64,000 nt of DNA from a virus: IMG/VR virus record IMGVR_UViG_3300042291_001568, positions 52,823 through 116,822 of that record; one strand, 5' to 3'. The position numbers and the translations under genes were made by a program. Positions 35,932 to 45,283 of this stretch are shown here, piece after piece; position 1 is the stretch's first letter, and every line of letters begins with the position of its first letter. The notes below the pieces were generated by a model. The model did not search any database and was not told the origin of the DNA. It saw nothing but the letters and a program-made list of their open reading frames with translations.

Positions 35932-38304
35932 ATGCCATCATCAGTTACCATAGCGCCAAATTATAGGTACTTTACAGTAGACCTGTTAAGCAACGCGCTA
36001 ATTGCTGAAATACCGTTTAAGGGTGTTAAGTACGAAAGAGCGCTAAAGTCTGCTGGCTCTTTTAGTGGATCAATACCTATCATAGATGACACTAGCTCTA
36101 TGGATTTGTATGAAAGCACAATGCCAGGTAAAACAGCACTGTATGTAGTTCGTGACAGTGTCTGCGTTTGGGGCGGAATCATTTGGAGTCGCGCATACGA
36201 TGTCGGTCAAAAGATGCTGAGCGTAAACGCATCTGAGTTTACTAGCTATTTGTACCATAGGAATATCTGGAAAACGTATAGTCACGAATTTGAAGCCACG
36301 CTTGTTGCTAGCAGTGGAGTTGTGCAGGTAACTATTGACGATGGTGAGTATGAACCACCAGCGCTTTCGTCTGTGCGAGTGTTTTTCTATGAAGTAAGTG
36401 ATATGTCGCATAACGGGTACTACGAAGTAAAAAGCAGTCCTGCCCCAACTGCAAACGTTTTCTACGTAGACATGCCAAGTCTGCCAAACGGAACTTACAC
36501 ACTATGTACTGTTGTTATCCGCTCGGATACATACGATTACGTTCGGCAGCTAATGGACAACACGTTTACAGATTTTGTATCTATCATGTTTGACAATACA
36601 GAAATAGAGCCCGCACTTGCTGAAGAGTACTCAGTCACCAATATAGTAAGAACTTCTAACGTTGCGACAATCACTGTTGACACTACGCATGACGCTATTA
36701 TTGGGCAGGTAGTTCAAATCCAAGACGTAGACAGCGCACTAAACGGTTTTCACGAAGTCACCGCAGTACCTGACGACTACCGAGTATCGTTTGCGTCGTC
36801 TGGCTCTAACATTGCATCAACTGCAAAATCAGCAGTATCGCGAAGCGTAACGCATAAGCAATTAACAACGTATGTTGCAACCTTAACTACGTCTGTAGCG
36901 CATGGATTCACAGTCGGGGCTAAAGTAGTTGTCACTGCGGTCGATGCATCTGACGCGACACAAGCTGTTTTTGATGGTGAGTATCCAATTACAGCAGTAA
37001 CTTCTACTACGTTTAGCTACATCAGCTCAGGCGTTGACGATATCGCACTAACTGCAACTAGCAATTGGTCTGCTACAGAAACGCCAACAGCGACAGTCGC
37101 TCCGTATATGTATGTACCGACGTACGGGCCATTTCCATACAGCGCAGACATTGGCTTAGGGTTGATTGCCGAAAACATGGCGCCACAGTATCCGACTACT
37201 GCGCAAATAACTGCTGCTGGTCTTCCAGCTACGCTGTACCCAACTTCGCCAACACCTGTTGTTGCTGGCAATATCGTTTTGACTGCACGACCGTTATATA
37301 CAAACACAGATGGAACAATAAGCACGCTATATAGTGAGTCTTCGCTTATCGGCGGATATGAAGTTGTATACCCAAGAATAATAAATGGGCGACTGTGGAC
37401 TAGCGCAGATGCTTCAGCATACGCCACGACTACAGGCCAACACCTTGGAAAATTTGCCAGCGGAAATACTGTAGACGCTTCGGCGTACGCTGAGGCATTG
37501 CACACTCTTCAAGAGCAGTGGATGGACTTGATTACATATGAAAAGTCAACTACTACGTATAGTGGAAAAAACGTAGAAAACAAAACGTATAGAGGATACG
37601 AGCTGCTTTCTGTAGGCGAAGAGCTTGACAATTACTCTGACACTGTTGATGGTTTTGAGTTTAGAGTTGATTGCGACTATGATTATGAAACTGGGTCTTT
37701 TTCTAAGACGCTAGTTCTTATGCCTATTGACTACCCGAATCCGCCAGACCCAGGCGAGGCATCACCGCCAAGTCGCTTTGGAGCAGACAAACTTGTGTTT
37801 GAGTATCCTGGTAACATTTCTAACGTAAAAATGGACGAGTCGGCAGAAAATGCAGCAACTAGATTTTTTGTTGTTGGCAACATTGGTGATCTTGGCGAAG
37901 ACGCAAGTCAACCGTACGCCGCTGCTTCAGCAAAAGACATGTTGAATGCTGGCTGGCCAATTCTCGATGCAGAAGAAAGTGTAGACTACGAAAGCGAAGA
38001 AAAACTATATAAGTACGCAGCCAGGTACCTTGCAGAGCATCGGCCACCAATTTCAGATTTTAACGTAAGCGTGAATGGATCATTAGACCCAGTAATCGGA
38101 ACGTACGCTCCCGGTGACTGGTGCTCAATAATTGTTGACGACACGTTTGTTCGTCAGCGCCTAGCTAGTGATCTTGAGCCGCGCGACACAGTCATTGTTA
38201 GAAAAATAAATTCGTTTTCGGTTAGCGTACCAGACACTCCAACATTTCCAGAGCAGGTAGAGCTCGACCTAATATCAGAACCAGAGGTGGACAAACGTGG
38301 CTAG
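35932..38304 (+). CDS. Baseplate hub (Tal)-like minor tail protein with several inserts
   Basis: AEIPFKGVKYERALKSAGSFSG..TALYVVRD..VWGGIIWSR; C-terminal FEYPGNI..GWPILD..GTYAPGDWC; follows the Dit-like gene. Confidence 0.75.
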   Translation: MPSSVTIAPNYRYFTVDLLSNALIAEIPFKGVKYERALKSAGSFSGSIPIIDDTSSMDLYESTMPGKTALYVVRDSVCVWGGIIWSRAYDVGQKMLSVNASEFTSYLYHRNIWKTYSHEFEATLVASSGVVQVTIDDGEYEPPALSSVRVFFYEVSDMSHNGYYEVKSSPAPTANVFYVDMPSLPNGTYTLCTVVIRSDTYDYVRQLMDNTFTDFVSIMFDNTEIEPALAEEYSVTNIVRTSNVATITVDTTHDAIIGQVVQIQDVDSALNGFHEVTAVPDDYRVSFASSGSNIASTAKSAVSRSVTHKQLTTYVATLTTSVAHGFTVGAKVVVTAVDASDATQAVFDGEYPITAVTSTTFSYISSGVDDIALTATSNWSATETPTATVAPYMYVPTYGPFPYSADIGLGLIAENMAPQYPTTAQITAAGLPATLYPTSPTPVVAGNIVLTARPLYTNTDGTISTLYSESSLIGGYEVVYPRIINGRLWTSADASAYATTTGQHLGKFASGNTVDASAYAEALHTLQEQWMDLITYEKSTTTYSGKNVENKTYRGYELLSVGEELDNYSDTVDGFEFRVDCDYDYETGSFSKTLVLMPIDYPNPPDPGEASPPSRFGADKLVFEYPGNISNVKMDESAENAATRFFVVGNIGDLGEDASQPYAAASAKDMLNAGWPILDAEESVDYESEEKLYKYAARYLAEHRPPISDFNVSVNGSLDPVIGTYAPGDWCSIIVDDTFVRQRLASDLEPRDTVIVRKINSFSVSVPDTPTFPEQVELDLISEPEVDKRG

Positions 38305-39985
38305 TAACAGACGACGCAGCACTAAATCGCTTGGAAAAGTAGTAACGAACATGCAGTCTAGACTTAGGTTCGTGCAAAAACGACCGGTGCCTAGGCGAGT
38401 TGGAAAGCGTGTAGTTTCTTCAGCGAATATTAAAAAAGACGCAGTCACACCTGTAGAACTCGCGCCCGACTCTGTAACACCAGAAGCTCTGGCACCCGAC
38501 TCTGTAACGCAAGACGCAATTGCACCTGGAGCTGTCTCAGACACTGAATTAGCATTAGGCGCAGGCGGTGCAGACACTACATTTAGTGGCTCTCAGCCTG
38601 TGAACCCTGCAGTCGGCGACGTGTGGTTTGACTCGTCGGACAGTCTCAAACTAAAACGCTACGACGGAACCAACTGGGTTTCGATGCGAGACCTTGGCAT
38701 TGCTGCTGCTCAAGCTGGTGCAGACGCTGCTTCCACTGCAGCTGCTGCAGCGCAGACTACAGCAGACGGCAAGAATAAAGTATACAGGCAAACGGCAGAG
38801 CCTACAGGAGGAACGTACGCCGAAGGCGACTTGTGGTTTGACACCGATGACAACAACAAGATCTACCGACGCACTAGCTCTGCGTGGACAGCAGTTCAAC
38901 TTGGCGGAGAAGCTCTCGCAAACATCAATGCAAACAAGATTACAGCAGGAACTATTGATGCAAGTGTTATTACAGTTTCTAATCTAAATGCCGGAAATCT
39001 TACTGCTGGCACAATTGCGGCAGCAAGAATTACGTCAACAAGCATTTCAGCTGCTGACATTAATGCTGACAGACTTACTGCTGGAACAATTGCATCAGCA
39101 AGAATTACGTCGACAAGTATCTCCGCTGCTGACATCAACGCTGACAGAATCACTGCTGGAACTCTTACTGGACGCGCTATCAACAATGGAAGCGGAACTT
39201 TTAGTGTTGACACTGCTGGAAATCTCACCGCGACTTCGGCAAGTATCACTGGCACGATAAACTCATCTGGAGGAACTATTGCCGGCTGGAACATTTCAGG
39301 CGGCGGATTCACGACCGGAGGGACTTATGCTTCTGGCGGCGTCACCTATCCAATCGCAGCGTTGCTTTCCAACGGATCATTCGTTGCTTATCAATTTAAC
39401 GATGCCAAGCCAGGATCTTTCGTCGTAGATGTTGACAACGGAGTGCTGCTGAACGCAGTATCTCTTAGGTCAACAAGTACAGGTGGATCAAAGTCCGCAT
39501 GGTATCCGTATTATGACAATAACGCGAACCTTGGAACGTCAGGTTTTAGATGGAAGAATGTCTTCGCAGTCAACACCGCAATCAGCGCGTCAGATGCTCG
39601 TCTTAAAACAGAAATCAAAACTACTGATCTTGGTCTTAATTTTATTGAAAAGCTGCGACCAGTGTCGTATAAGTGGGTGTCGGAAGGAAATAGGCCAGTT
39701 CTTGACGAAGATGGCAAAGAAGTTAGAGACCCTATTACGAATATCACTCCTGTTGAATCAATTGGTCCTGGCCTTAGAACTCTTTATGGACTAATAGCTC
39801 AAGAAGTTCGCCAAGCTGTAGCAGATCTTGGAATAGATCCTTCTGATTTTGGCCCGTGGACTCTTAGTAATGTAGATGATCCAGACTCTTCTCAAGGCTT
39901 AAAATACGATCAATTCATACCAATGCTAATTAAGGCAGTTCAAGAACTTTCTGCAAAAGTCAAAGAATTAGAAAGTAACCAGTAA
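38297..39985 (+). CDS. Tail fibre/spike with C-terminal intramolecular chaperone (peptidase S74-like)
   Basis: GDVWFD/GDLWFDTDD repeats; SDARLKTEI..LGLNFIEKLRPVSYKW..YGLIAQEV..LKYDQFIPMLIKAVQELS. Confidence 0.82.
   Translation: MASNRRRSTKSLGKVVTNMQSRLRFVQKRPVPRRVGKRVVSSANIKKDAVTPVELAPDSVTPEALAPDSVTQDAIAPGAVSDTELALGAGGADTTFSGSQPVNPAVGDVWFDSSDSLKLKRYDGTNWVSMRDLGIAAAQAGADAASTAAAAAQTTADGKNKVYRQTAEPTGGTYAEGDLWFDTDDNNKIYRRTSSAWTAVQLGGEALANINANKITAGTIDASVITVSNLNAGNLTAGTIAAARITSTSISAADINADRLTAGTIASARITSTSISAADINADRITAGTLTGRAINNGSGTFSVDTAGNLTATSASITGTINSSGGTIAGWNISGGGFTTGGTYASGGVTYPIAALLSNGSFVAYQFNDAKPGSFVVDVDNGVLLNAVSLRSTSTGGSKSAWYPYYDNNANLGTSGFRWKNVFAVNTAISASDARLKTEIKTTDLGLNFIEKLRPVSYKWVSEGNRPVLDEDGKEVRDPITNITPVESIGPGLRTLYGLIAQEVRQAVADLGIDPSDFGPWTLSNVDDPDSSQGLKYDQFIPMLIKAVQELSAKVKELESNQ
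38441..38555 (+). repeat. 30-nt (10-aa) coding repeat DAVTPVELAP/DSVTPEALAP/DSVTQDAIAP
   Basis: cccgactctgtaac recurs at 30-nt spacing. Confidence 0.8.
39002..39165 (+). repeat. 75-nt (25-aa) coding tandem repeat TAGTIA.ARITSTSISAADINADR.
   Basis: actgctgg starts units at 39002, 39077 and 39152. Confidence 0.85.
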
Positions 39986-40043
39986 CTATGCTAAACATGG
40001 TTAGAATTTCAATAACAAGCACGACACGAGAAACGACAACAAA

Positions 40044-40526
40044 ATGATTCAAGTTAAAGACGGCGCACGCACACTACAGTTCAACGGGACATTACTCGGC
40101 AAGTCCTCGTCATATCGTAAGGACTCGCTGCGGTGGATTGAGTTTGAACTCTATAAAACAGAAAACGGGTCATACGTACTTTCACGTATTGGCGTTTCAG
40201 TTATTTACCATTGCGCAGCATGTCACTTAGTAAAGCGCTACAGCCTTCAGGACATTCCAGTAAATGATGTACCAAAAGATCGGGTGCAACTGCTTGTCCC
40301 GTGCGATGTGTGCACTCCATCATTCGCTGCAGAATTGATCTTCCCAGAAAAAAATAGGTACTGGGCCCAAGTAAGTGACGACCCAAGCGCCGTGCTAGAT
40401 GCTCTATATAAATACGACAATGGCGGGGCTCGCTATTTGACGAATGTAGCGCAAAGGCTACTTGAACAAGCCGCCTCGCTCGACAAAGGAATTGAGTCTG
40501 TCTACAAAATTGAGATGATCCCGTAG
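40044..40526 (+). CDS. Hypothetical protein with CxxC pairs
   Basis: 160 aa; HCAAC and PCDVC suggest Zn binding; first gene after the tail block. Confidence 0.7.
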   Translation: MIQVKDGARTLQFNGTLLGKSSSYRKDSLRWIEFELYKTENGSYVLSRIGVSVIYHCAACHLVKRYSLQDIPVNDVPKDRVQLLVPCDVCTPSFAAELIFPEKNRYWAQVSDDPSAVLDALYKYDNGGARYLTNVAQRLLEQAASLDKGIESVYKIEMIP

Positions 40527-40540
40527 CCAGCGCTTTTTGT

Positions 40541-40549
40541 TGTTATATT
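40541..40549 (+). promoter_or_regulatory. Extended -10 candidate TGTTATATT
   Basis: Intergenic, 30 nt before the kinase ATG. Confidence 0.4.
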
Positions 40550-40578
40550 AGAAACAGCAAAGACGAAAGACGGTTTCA

Positions 40579-41400
40579 ATGTTCATAGTTATAGAAGGCT
40601 CAGACGGCTCTGGCAAAAGCTCTCTTACAGACGAGGTTTCCCGCCAGTTAGCGGACAGATACCCCGACTTTCATATCACGCGTTTCCACAAAGGGCGCCC
40701 AGAAGAAGAGTCTCGCAGGTGGGTTCTTAACGATTGGGTAATGTCGATTGAAAACATTAACTGGTTTGAGGCCGTCGCTGTAGCGGACAGATGGCATTGG
40801 GGCGAAGCAACATACGCACCGGTAAAGCGGCCTCACACGTGTAAAGACGCCTTCGGTCTTCTTGGCGTAGCTGGTTGGCGCTGGACAGAGTGGTTTATGG
40901 CGTCACGGGGTATTGCGCAATTCTGGCTTTATCAACCTTTAGATGTAATCAAAACTAGGGTGGCTATTCGTGGAGATGATTTTGTAAAACTAGATGAACT
41001 CGAGAAAATCGTAGATCTATATGAACAGACTTCTCAGGAAGTTTTCAGTCTTGCTGGCAAACTGACTCCTCGCGCTGACAGCGTTGCCTCCATTGACTTG
41101 CTTGCTCAATATGTCATACACCGCGCAGAAGAAGTACACGATGAGGCCAAAAAGTTAGCGCAATTTGGCGAGTACATCGGGTCTCCAAACCCTAAAATTC
41201 TTTACATCGGTAGCTGGGACACTAATGGCAGCATTCTTCCATGCTTCCCAGCAGAAGGAAGCTCAGAAGAAGCGCTTATTGAGTCATTGCCAGATACTGT
41301 GTGGCGAAGCGCTGGTGTAGTCAATCAGAACAATATGTCTGTTGGAAGGCTAACCAGCCTTATCACAATTCTTGGCAATCCCGAGATTGAAAGGATATAG
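40579..41400 (+). CDS. tmk: Thymidylate/dNMP kinase with short C-terminal extension
   Basis: P-loop IEGSDGSGKS and the ADRWHWGE (DR) motif. Confidence 0.8.
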   Translation: MFIVIEGSDGSGKSSLTDEVSRQLADRYPDFHITRFHKGRPEEESRRWVLNDWVMSIENINWFEAVAVADRWHWGEATYAPVKRPHTCKDAFGLLGVAGWRWTEWFMASRGIAQFWLYQPLDVIKTRVAIRGDDFVKLDELEKIVDLYEQTSQEVFSLAGKLTPRADSVASIDLLAQYVIHRAEEVHDEAKKLAQFGEYIGSPNPKILYIGSWDTNGSILPCFPAEGSSEEALIESLPDTVWRSAGVVNQNNMSVGRLTSLITILGNPEIERI

Positions 41401-41405
41401 CAATA

Positions 41406-42260
41406 ATGGATGTAAAGGTAAAAACGATTGAGATTGAAGACGGCGTAAACGGCTACGTTGATCTTGTTCAACACGTGTTAAAGCACGGCGAGCATGTCGC
41501 GCCTAGAGGAATGAATACTAGAGAAATAGAAGATGCTACTATTTATATTTCAGACGTCAGAGCCGCGCTTCCTTTAGGTGTAAACCGAGGCACTGTTCCA
41601 GGTATCGGTGCTGTTGAAGCATGCCAATTGATGTCAGGGCTAAGCATTCCGCAATTGGTGATTGACATTGGTCCGCAGTTTGCCAATTACACGGAGGACG
41701 ACGGGCTATTTCACGGCTCGTACGGAACAAGAACAAAAGGTCAATACGATGTGATGATTGAAAGACTACGCAAAGACCCAGATACGAGACAAGCAGTAGT
41801 CACTATTTGGAATCCTGAGCGTGACATGCTTGAAAAGAAGCGCGACTACCCTTGCACAATTTTGCATCAGTTCCGTATCCGCAATAACAAGCTTAACATG
41901 AGCGTATATATGCGATCAAATGACGTGTGGCTTGGCGCCGCATACGATTTCTTTCAATTCACACGAGTGCAATTGGCTATGTGCTCCGTTCTTGGTATTG
42001 AGCCAGGTGCCTATGCCCACCACGTCGGTTCTCTTCACATTTACGAAAACAACTATGAAGCAGCGGACGCTCTTAGAAAAACAAGCAATGTTGAAGTACC
42101 GCCAGAAATAACAGGAAGATCGTGGCGTGAAGTCGAAGCTTCTGCATCTTTAGCGTTGTACGCAACTACGCACCCAGACACACTTGAACGTTTATCACCA
42201 GCCGAGCGGTGGTACGCAGACGCAATGATCAAAGCAATAGACAAGAACAAAGGAAAATAA
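41406..42260 (+). CDS. Thymidylate-synthase-superfamily enzyme with cytosine-type Asp (dCMP hydroxymethylase/methylase-like)
   Basis: DTRQAV..DYPCT..YMRSNDVWLGAAYDFFQF..HHVGSLHIY; catalytic Cys codon at 41853; Asp codon at 41946. Confidence 0.85.
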   Translation: MDVKVKTIEIEDGVNGYVDLVQHVLKHGEHVAPRGMNTREIEDATIYISDVRAALPLGVNRGTVPGIGAVEACQLMSGLSIPQLVIDIGPQFANYTEDDGLFHGSYGTRTKGQYDVMIERLRKDPDTRQAVVTIWNPERDMLEKKRDYPCTILHQFRIRNNKLNMSVYMRSNDVWLGAAYDFFQFTRVQLAMCSVLGIEPGAYAHHVGSLHIYENNYEAADALRKTSNVEVPPEITGRSWREVEASASLALYATTHPDTLERLSPAERWYADAMIKAIDKNKGK

Positions 42261-42262
42261 AT

Positions 42263-42436
42263 ATGGACGACAAGTTCAACTCAACACCGATGAAAGATGC
42301 TGCGGTAAGCATGCATGAGTTGTATGAAACACTTAAAGAAGCAGGATTCTCTAGACGAGAAGCTCTCGAGCTGGTTTCTAAAATAATGACATCCGCAGTT
42401 AGTGACGCAATTAGACACAGTCAGGACGACCAATAG
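42263..42436 (+). CDS. Small hypothetical protein
   Basis: ATG 42263 after AAGGA; HELYETLKEAGFSRREALELV helix; coupled to the next gene. Confidence 0.6.
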   Translation: MDDKFNSTPMKDAAVSMHELYETLKEAGFSRREALELVSKIMTSAVSDAIRHSQDDQ

Positions 42437-42909
42437 TGACGGACACACGTCCTTCGTGGGACGAGACATGGCTCGCTGTAGCCGAAACTATAAGCAAACG
42501 CTCTAGATGCTCTCGCGCTCAGATGGGCGCTGTCATTGTTTCTCACGATCAGCACATTGTGTCAACTGGATACAACGGGCCGGCGGCTACTTGGCCAGAA
42601 GCTGGTGACTGTATGAACTGGTGCGAACGAGCTCAGGGCAAAACTCCACTAGACAATATGTACGACGGCTGTCCAGCAATTCACGCCGAAGCAAACGCTC
42701 TTTTGTACGTAGACCGCTCTGTAAGTGAGTTTGGAACTATATACATAACAAGCGCACCGTGCACGCAATGCGCTAAACTTATTTCTAACTCTGGCATATA
42801 CCGAGTTGTATGCCGACTTCGCCAGGCAGATATGCATCGGCGTCCGTACGACGTTATTGACTACCTGATAAAGTGCGGCATTGAAGTATTAGCTATCGAG
42901 GACAAATGA
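42436..42909 (+). CDS. dCMP deaminase
   Basis: RSRCSRAQMGAVIV..STGYNG..IHAEANAL..APCTQCAKLI Zn-deaminase motifs. Confidence 0.9.
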   Translation: MTDTRPSWDETWLAVAETISKRSRCSRAQMGAVIVSHDQHIVSTGYNGPAATWPEAGDCMNWCERAQGKTPLDNMYDGCPAIHAEANALLYVDRSVSEFGTIYITSAPCTQCAKLISNSGIYRVVCRLRQADMHRRPYDVIDYLIKCGIEVLAIEDK

Positions 42910-44729
42910 CAACAACAGACTTATCAAACGTACAACTACACTTAGTAGACTCGGCCGAAAAAGCTACTCAGTTTCTTGAGTGGTTGAGCCAGCGGCGTCC
43001 GCACAACGCGCTTGCCGTTGACACTGAAACTGGCGAGCTTCCAGGCAATCCTCGGGACCACGCATTTTCTCCATGGCATGGTCGTCTTCGTTTAGTCCAG
43101 GTTGGCGACGGTGAGCAAGGTTGGTCTATTCCGTGGGACGAATGGAAAGGTGTCTTCTACGAAGGCATGGATAAGTTTGACGGTCCTATCATCTGCCACA
43201 ACATTGCGTTTGAAGCGCGATGGTTTGCTGTTCAGTCTCGTTGGGAACTACCTTGGCACCGTGCGCATGACACGATGATTATGGCTCATATTATTGACCC
43301 ACTTGGATCTGGCGCTCTCAAGCGTCTTGCAGCATTGCACATTGATAGCCGTGCAGTTGCTCTTCAGGACACGCTAGACACTGAACTAGCAAAGAATGGT
43401 TGGACATGGGGAACTGTGCCTATTAACTTCCAACCATATTGGTCGTATGGCGCGCTTGACTGCGTATTGACTACTCGTCTCTGGGAACAGTTTTACGAAA
43501 AGTGCGGCCCTGGTGCTGCGTACTCAAAACCGTATGAACTTGAAATGCAGACACGACGAATTGTCACACGCATGGAACTAAACGGCGCACGAATTGACTT
43601 AGACTACTCAAAGAAGAAATACGAAGAGCTGACAGCGTACGCAGACTCGGTCAAAGTCTGGGCTAAGCAGCAATATGGTGGAGTGTCAATTACAAGCAAC
43701 CAGCAGTTAGTTCGTTTGTTTGAGAGTCTTGGCGCAGAAATTAGTGAGTACACTCCTACTGGCCAGAAGTCTTGCACTAAAGATCAGCTCAGAATGCTGA
43801 TGATTGACACTACGCCAGAAATAACCAATTTAGCCGACACGTGCTTGAAGCAACGAAAAGCCGACAAACTGGCCAATACTTATTTTTCTAATTTCATTAC
43901 TGACAACGTCAACGGCTTCGTTCATCCATCTGTTAGAACACTTGGTGCTAGGACAAGTCGTATGTCTATTACGAGTCCTGCCCTACAGACTCTTCCAAAA
44001 GGCGACAATGTAGTCCGTAGCGCGTTTATTCCAAAAGATGATGACCATGTGATTGTCACAAGCGACCTTGACCAGGTTGAGTTTAGAATGTTTGCAAGTC
44101 TGTCTCAAGATGAGAACTTAGTTAATCTTTTCCATCTGGCAGACGCCACTGGATCAGATCCTTTTACTGAAATCGGTCGTGAGGTTTACGCAGATCCTGA
44201 AATGCAGAAGTCAGACAAACGACGTGGGCTTATTAAGAGCATGGTGTACGGGCGACTATATGGAGCAGGCGTCGCAAAGCAGGCGCTAACTGCTGGAGTG
44301 CACGAGGCGCAGATGAAGCATACTTCAGACGCTTTTGATAGCAGGTTCCCCGGCATGTCGCATTTCCAAAAACAAATTGAAGATGTCGGTATGCGGAGGA
44401 CTAGAGCTGAAGGCCAAGGCTACGTGTACACATGGACTGGGCGTAGACTTCCATGCGACGATAACCGCGTATACACCTTAGTCAACTACCTAATTCAAGG
44501 TGGAGCAGCAGAGGTGTTCAAGAGCAACCTCATTAAGTTGGATCAAGCGGATCTTACAGAGCTGCTTATCGTTCCTGTTCACGACGAAATAGTGCTCAAT
44601 GCACCACGCAAAGATGCTGAAGAAATCAAACGTATTGTAAAAGAATGCATGACAACAACCGAAGGCTGGGCTGTTCCTTTAACAGCAGACGTTGACGGTC
44701 CACTTGAAAATTGGGGGGATAAGTACTGA
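42906..44729 (+). CDS. polA: Family A DNA polymerase with 3'-5' exonuclease, no 5'-3' exonuclease
   Basis: AVDTETG / CHNIAFE / YGALDC exonuclease motifs; SDLDQVEFR (A), KSMVYGRLYG (B), VHDEIV (C). Confidence 0.93.
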   Translation: MTTTDLSNVQLHLVDSAEKATQFLEWLSQRRPHNALAVDTETGELPGNPRDHAFSPWHGRLRLVQVGDGEQGWSIPWDEWKGVFYEGMDKFDGPIICHNIAFEARWFAVQSRWELPWHRAHDTMIMAHIIDPLGSGALKRLAALHIDSRAVALQDTLDTELAKNGWTWGTVPINFQPYWSYGALDCVLTTRLWEQFYEKCGPGAAYSKPYELEMQTRRIVTRMELNGARIDLDYSKKKYEELTAYADSVKVWAKQQYGGVSITSNQQLVRLFESLGAEISEYTPTGQKSCTKDQLRMLMIDTTPEITNLADTCLKQRKADKLANTYFSNFITDNVNGFVHPSVRTLGARTSRMSITSPALQTLPKGDNVVRSAFIPKDDDHVIVTSDLDQVEFRMFASLSQDENLVNLFHLADATGSDPFTEIGREVYADPEMQKSDKRRGLIKSMVYGRLYGAGVAKQALTAGVHEAQMKHTSDAFDSRFPGMSHFQKQIEDVGMRRTRAEGQGYVYTWTGRRLPCDDNRVYTLVNYLIQGGAAEVFKSNLIKLDQADLTELLIVPVHDEIVLNAPRKDAEEIKRIVKECMTTTEGWAVPLTADVDGPLENWGDKY

Positions 44730-45196
44730 TGAAAAGAGTAGTAATAGCTGTAGACCCAGGGAAGGCAAGTGGAATGTGCGCATTTAGCATTGCGCAAGGA
44801 GAAGAGCCAGTACTGCTGTGGTCAGGCGAGTATCAGCCAGAGGAATACGCGCAGCCTCTTAGACAGGCCATTGCTGAGTACGCAGCAGGCAACTGCAATA
44901 TAGAAATAGTATGCGAGCGGTTTACAATAAACGCTCAAACAGTGAGAAACTCGCAGGCACCCTACTCTCTAGAACAAATTGGAGTTCTTAAGCAGATAAT
45001 GCGCGACTGTGGAATGAAAGATATAGATCTGAAGTATCAAAACCCGTCAGATGCCAAAAGAATGTTTCCAAATGAAGCGTTAAAGAAACTAGGGTACTGG
45101 CATGTTGGTGGTGGAGGACACGCTTTAGACGCCATACGCCACGGTCTGCTATTCCTAGCAAAAAACGGTTGGACACCTCTTAGACTACTTCAATAG
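44729..45196 (+). CDS. RuvC-like Holliday junction resolvase
   Basis: IAVDPGKASG..VCERF..HALDAIRHG. Confidence 0.75.
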   Translation: MKRVVIAVDPGKASGMCAFSIAQGEEPVLLWSGEYQPEEYAQPLRQAIAEYAAGNCNIEIVCERFTINAQTVRNSQAPYSLEQIGVLKQIMRDCGMKDIDLKYQNPSDAKRMFPNEALKKLGYWHVGGGGHALDAIRHGLLFLAKNGWTPLRLLQ

Positions 45197-45244
45197 ATAC
45201 TAAGAAAATAAATTGCAAAACTATGACATATTTGTCTTAGTATA

Positions 45245-45253
45245 TGATACAGT
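45245..45253 (+). promoter_or_regulatory. Extended -10 candidate TGATACAGT
   Basis: In the AT-rich gap before the helicase operon. Confidence 0.4.
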
Positions 45254-45283
45254 GACACATATCAAAATGACGAGAGGAAACAG

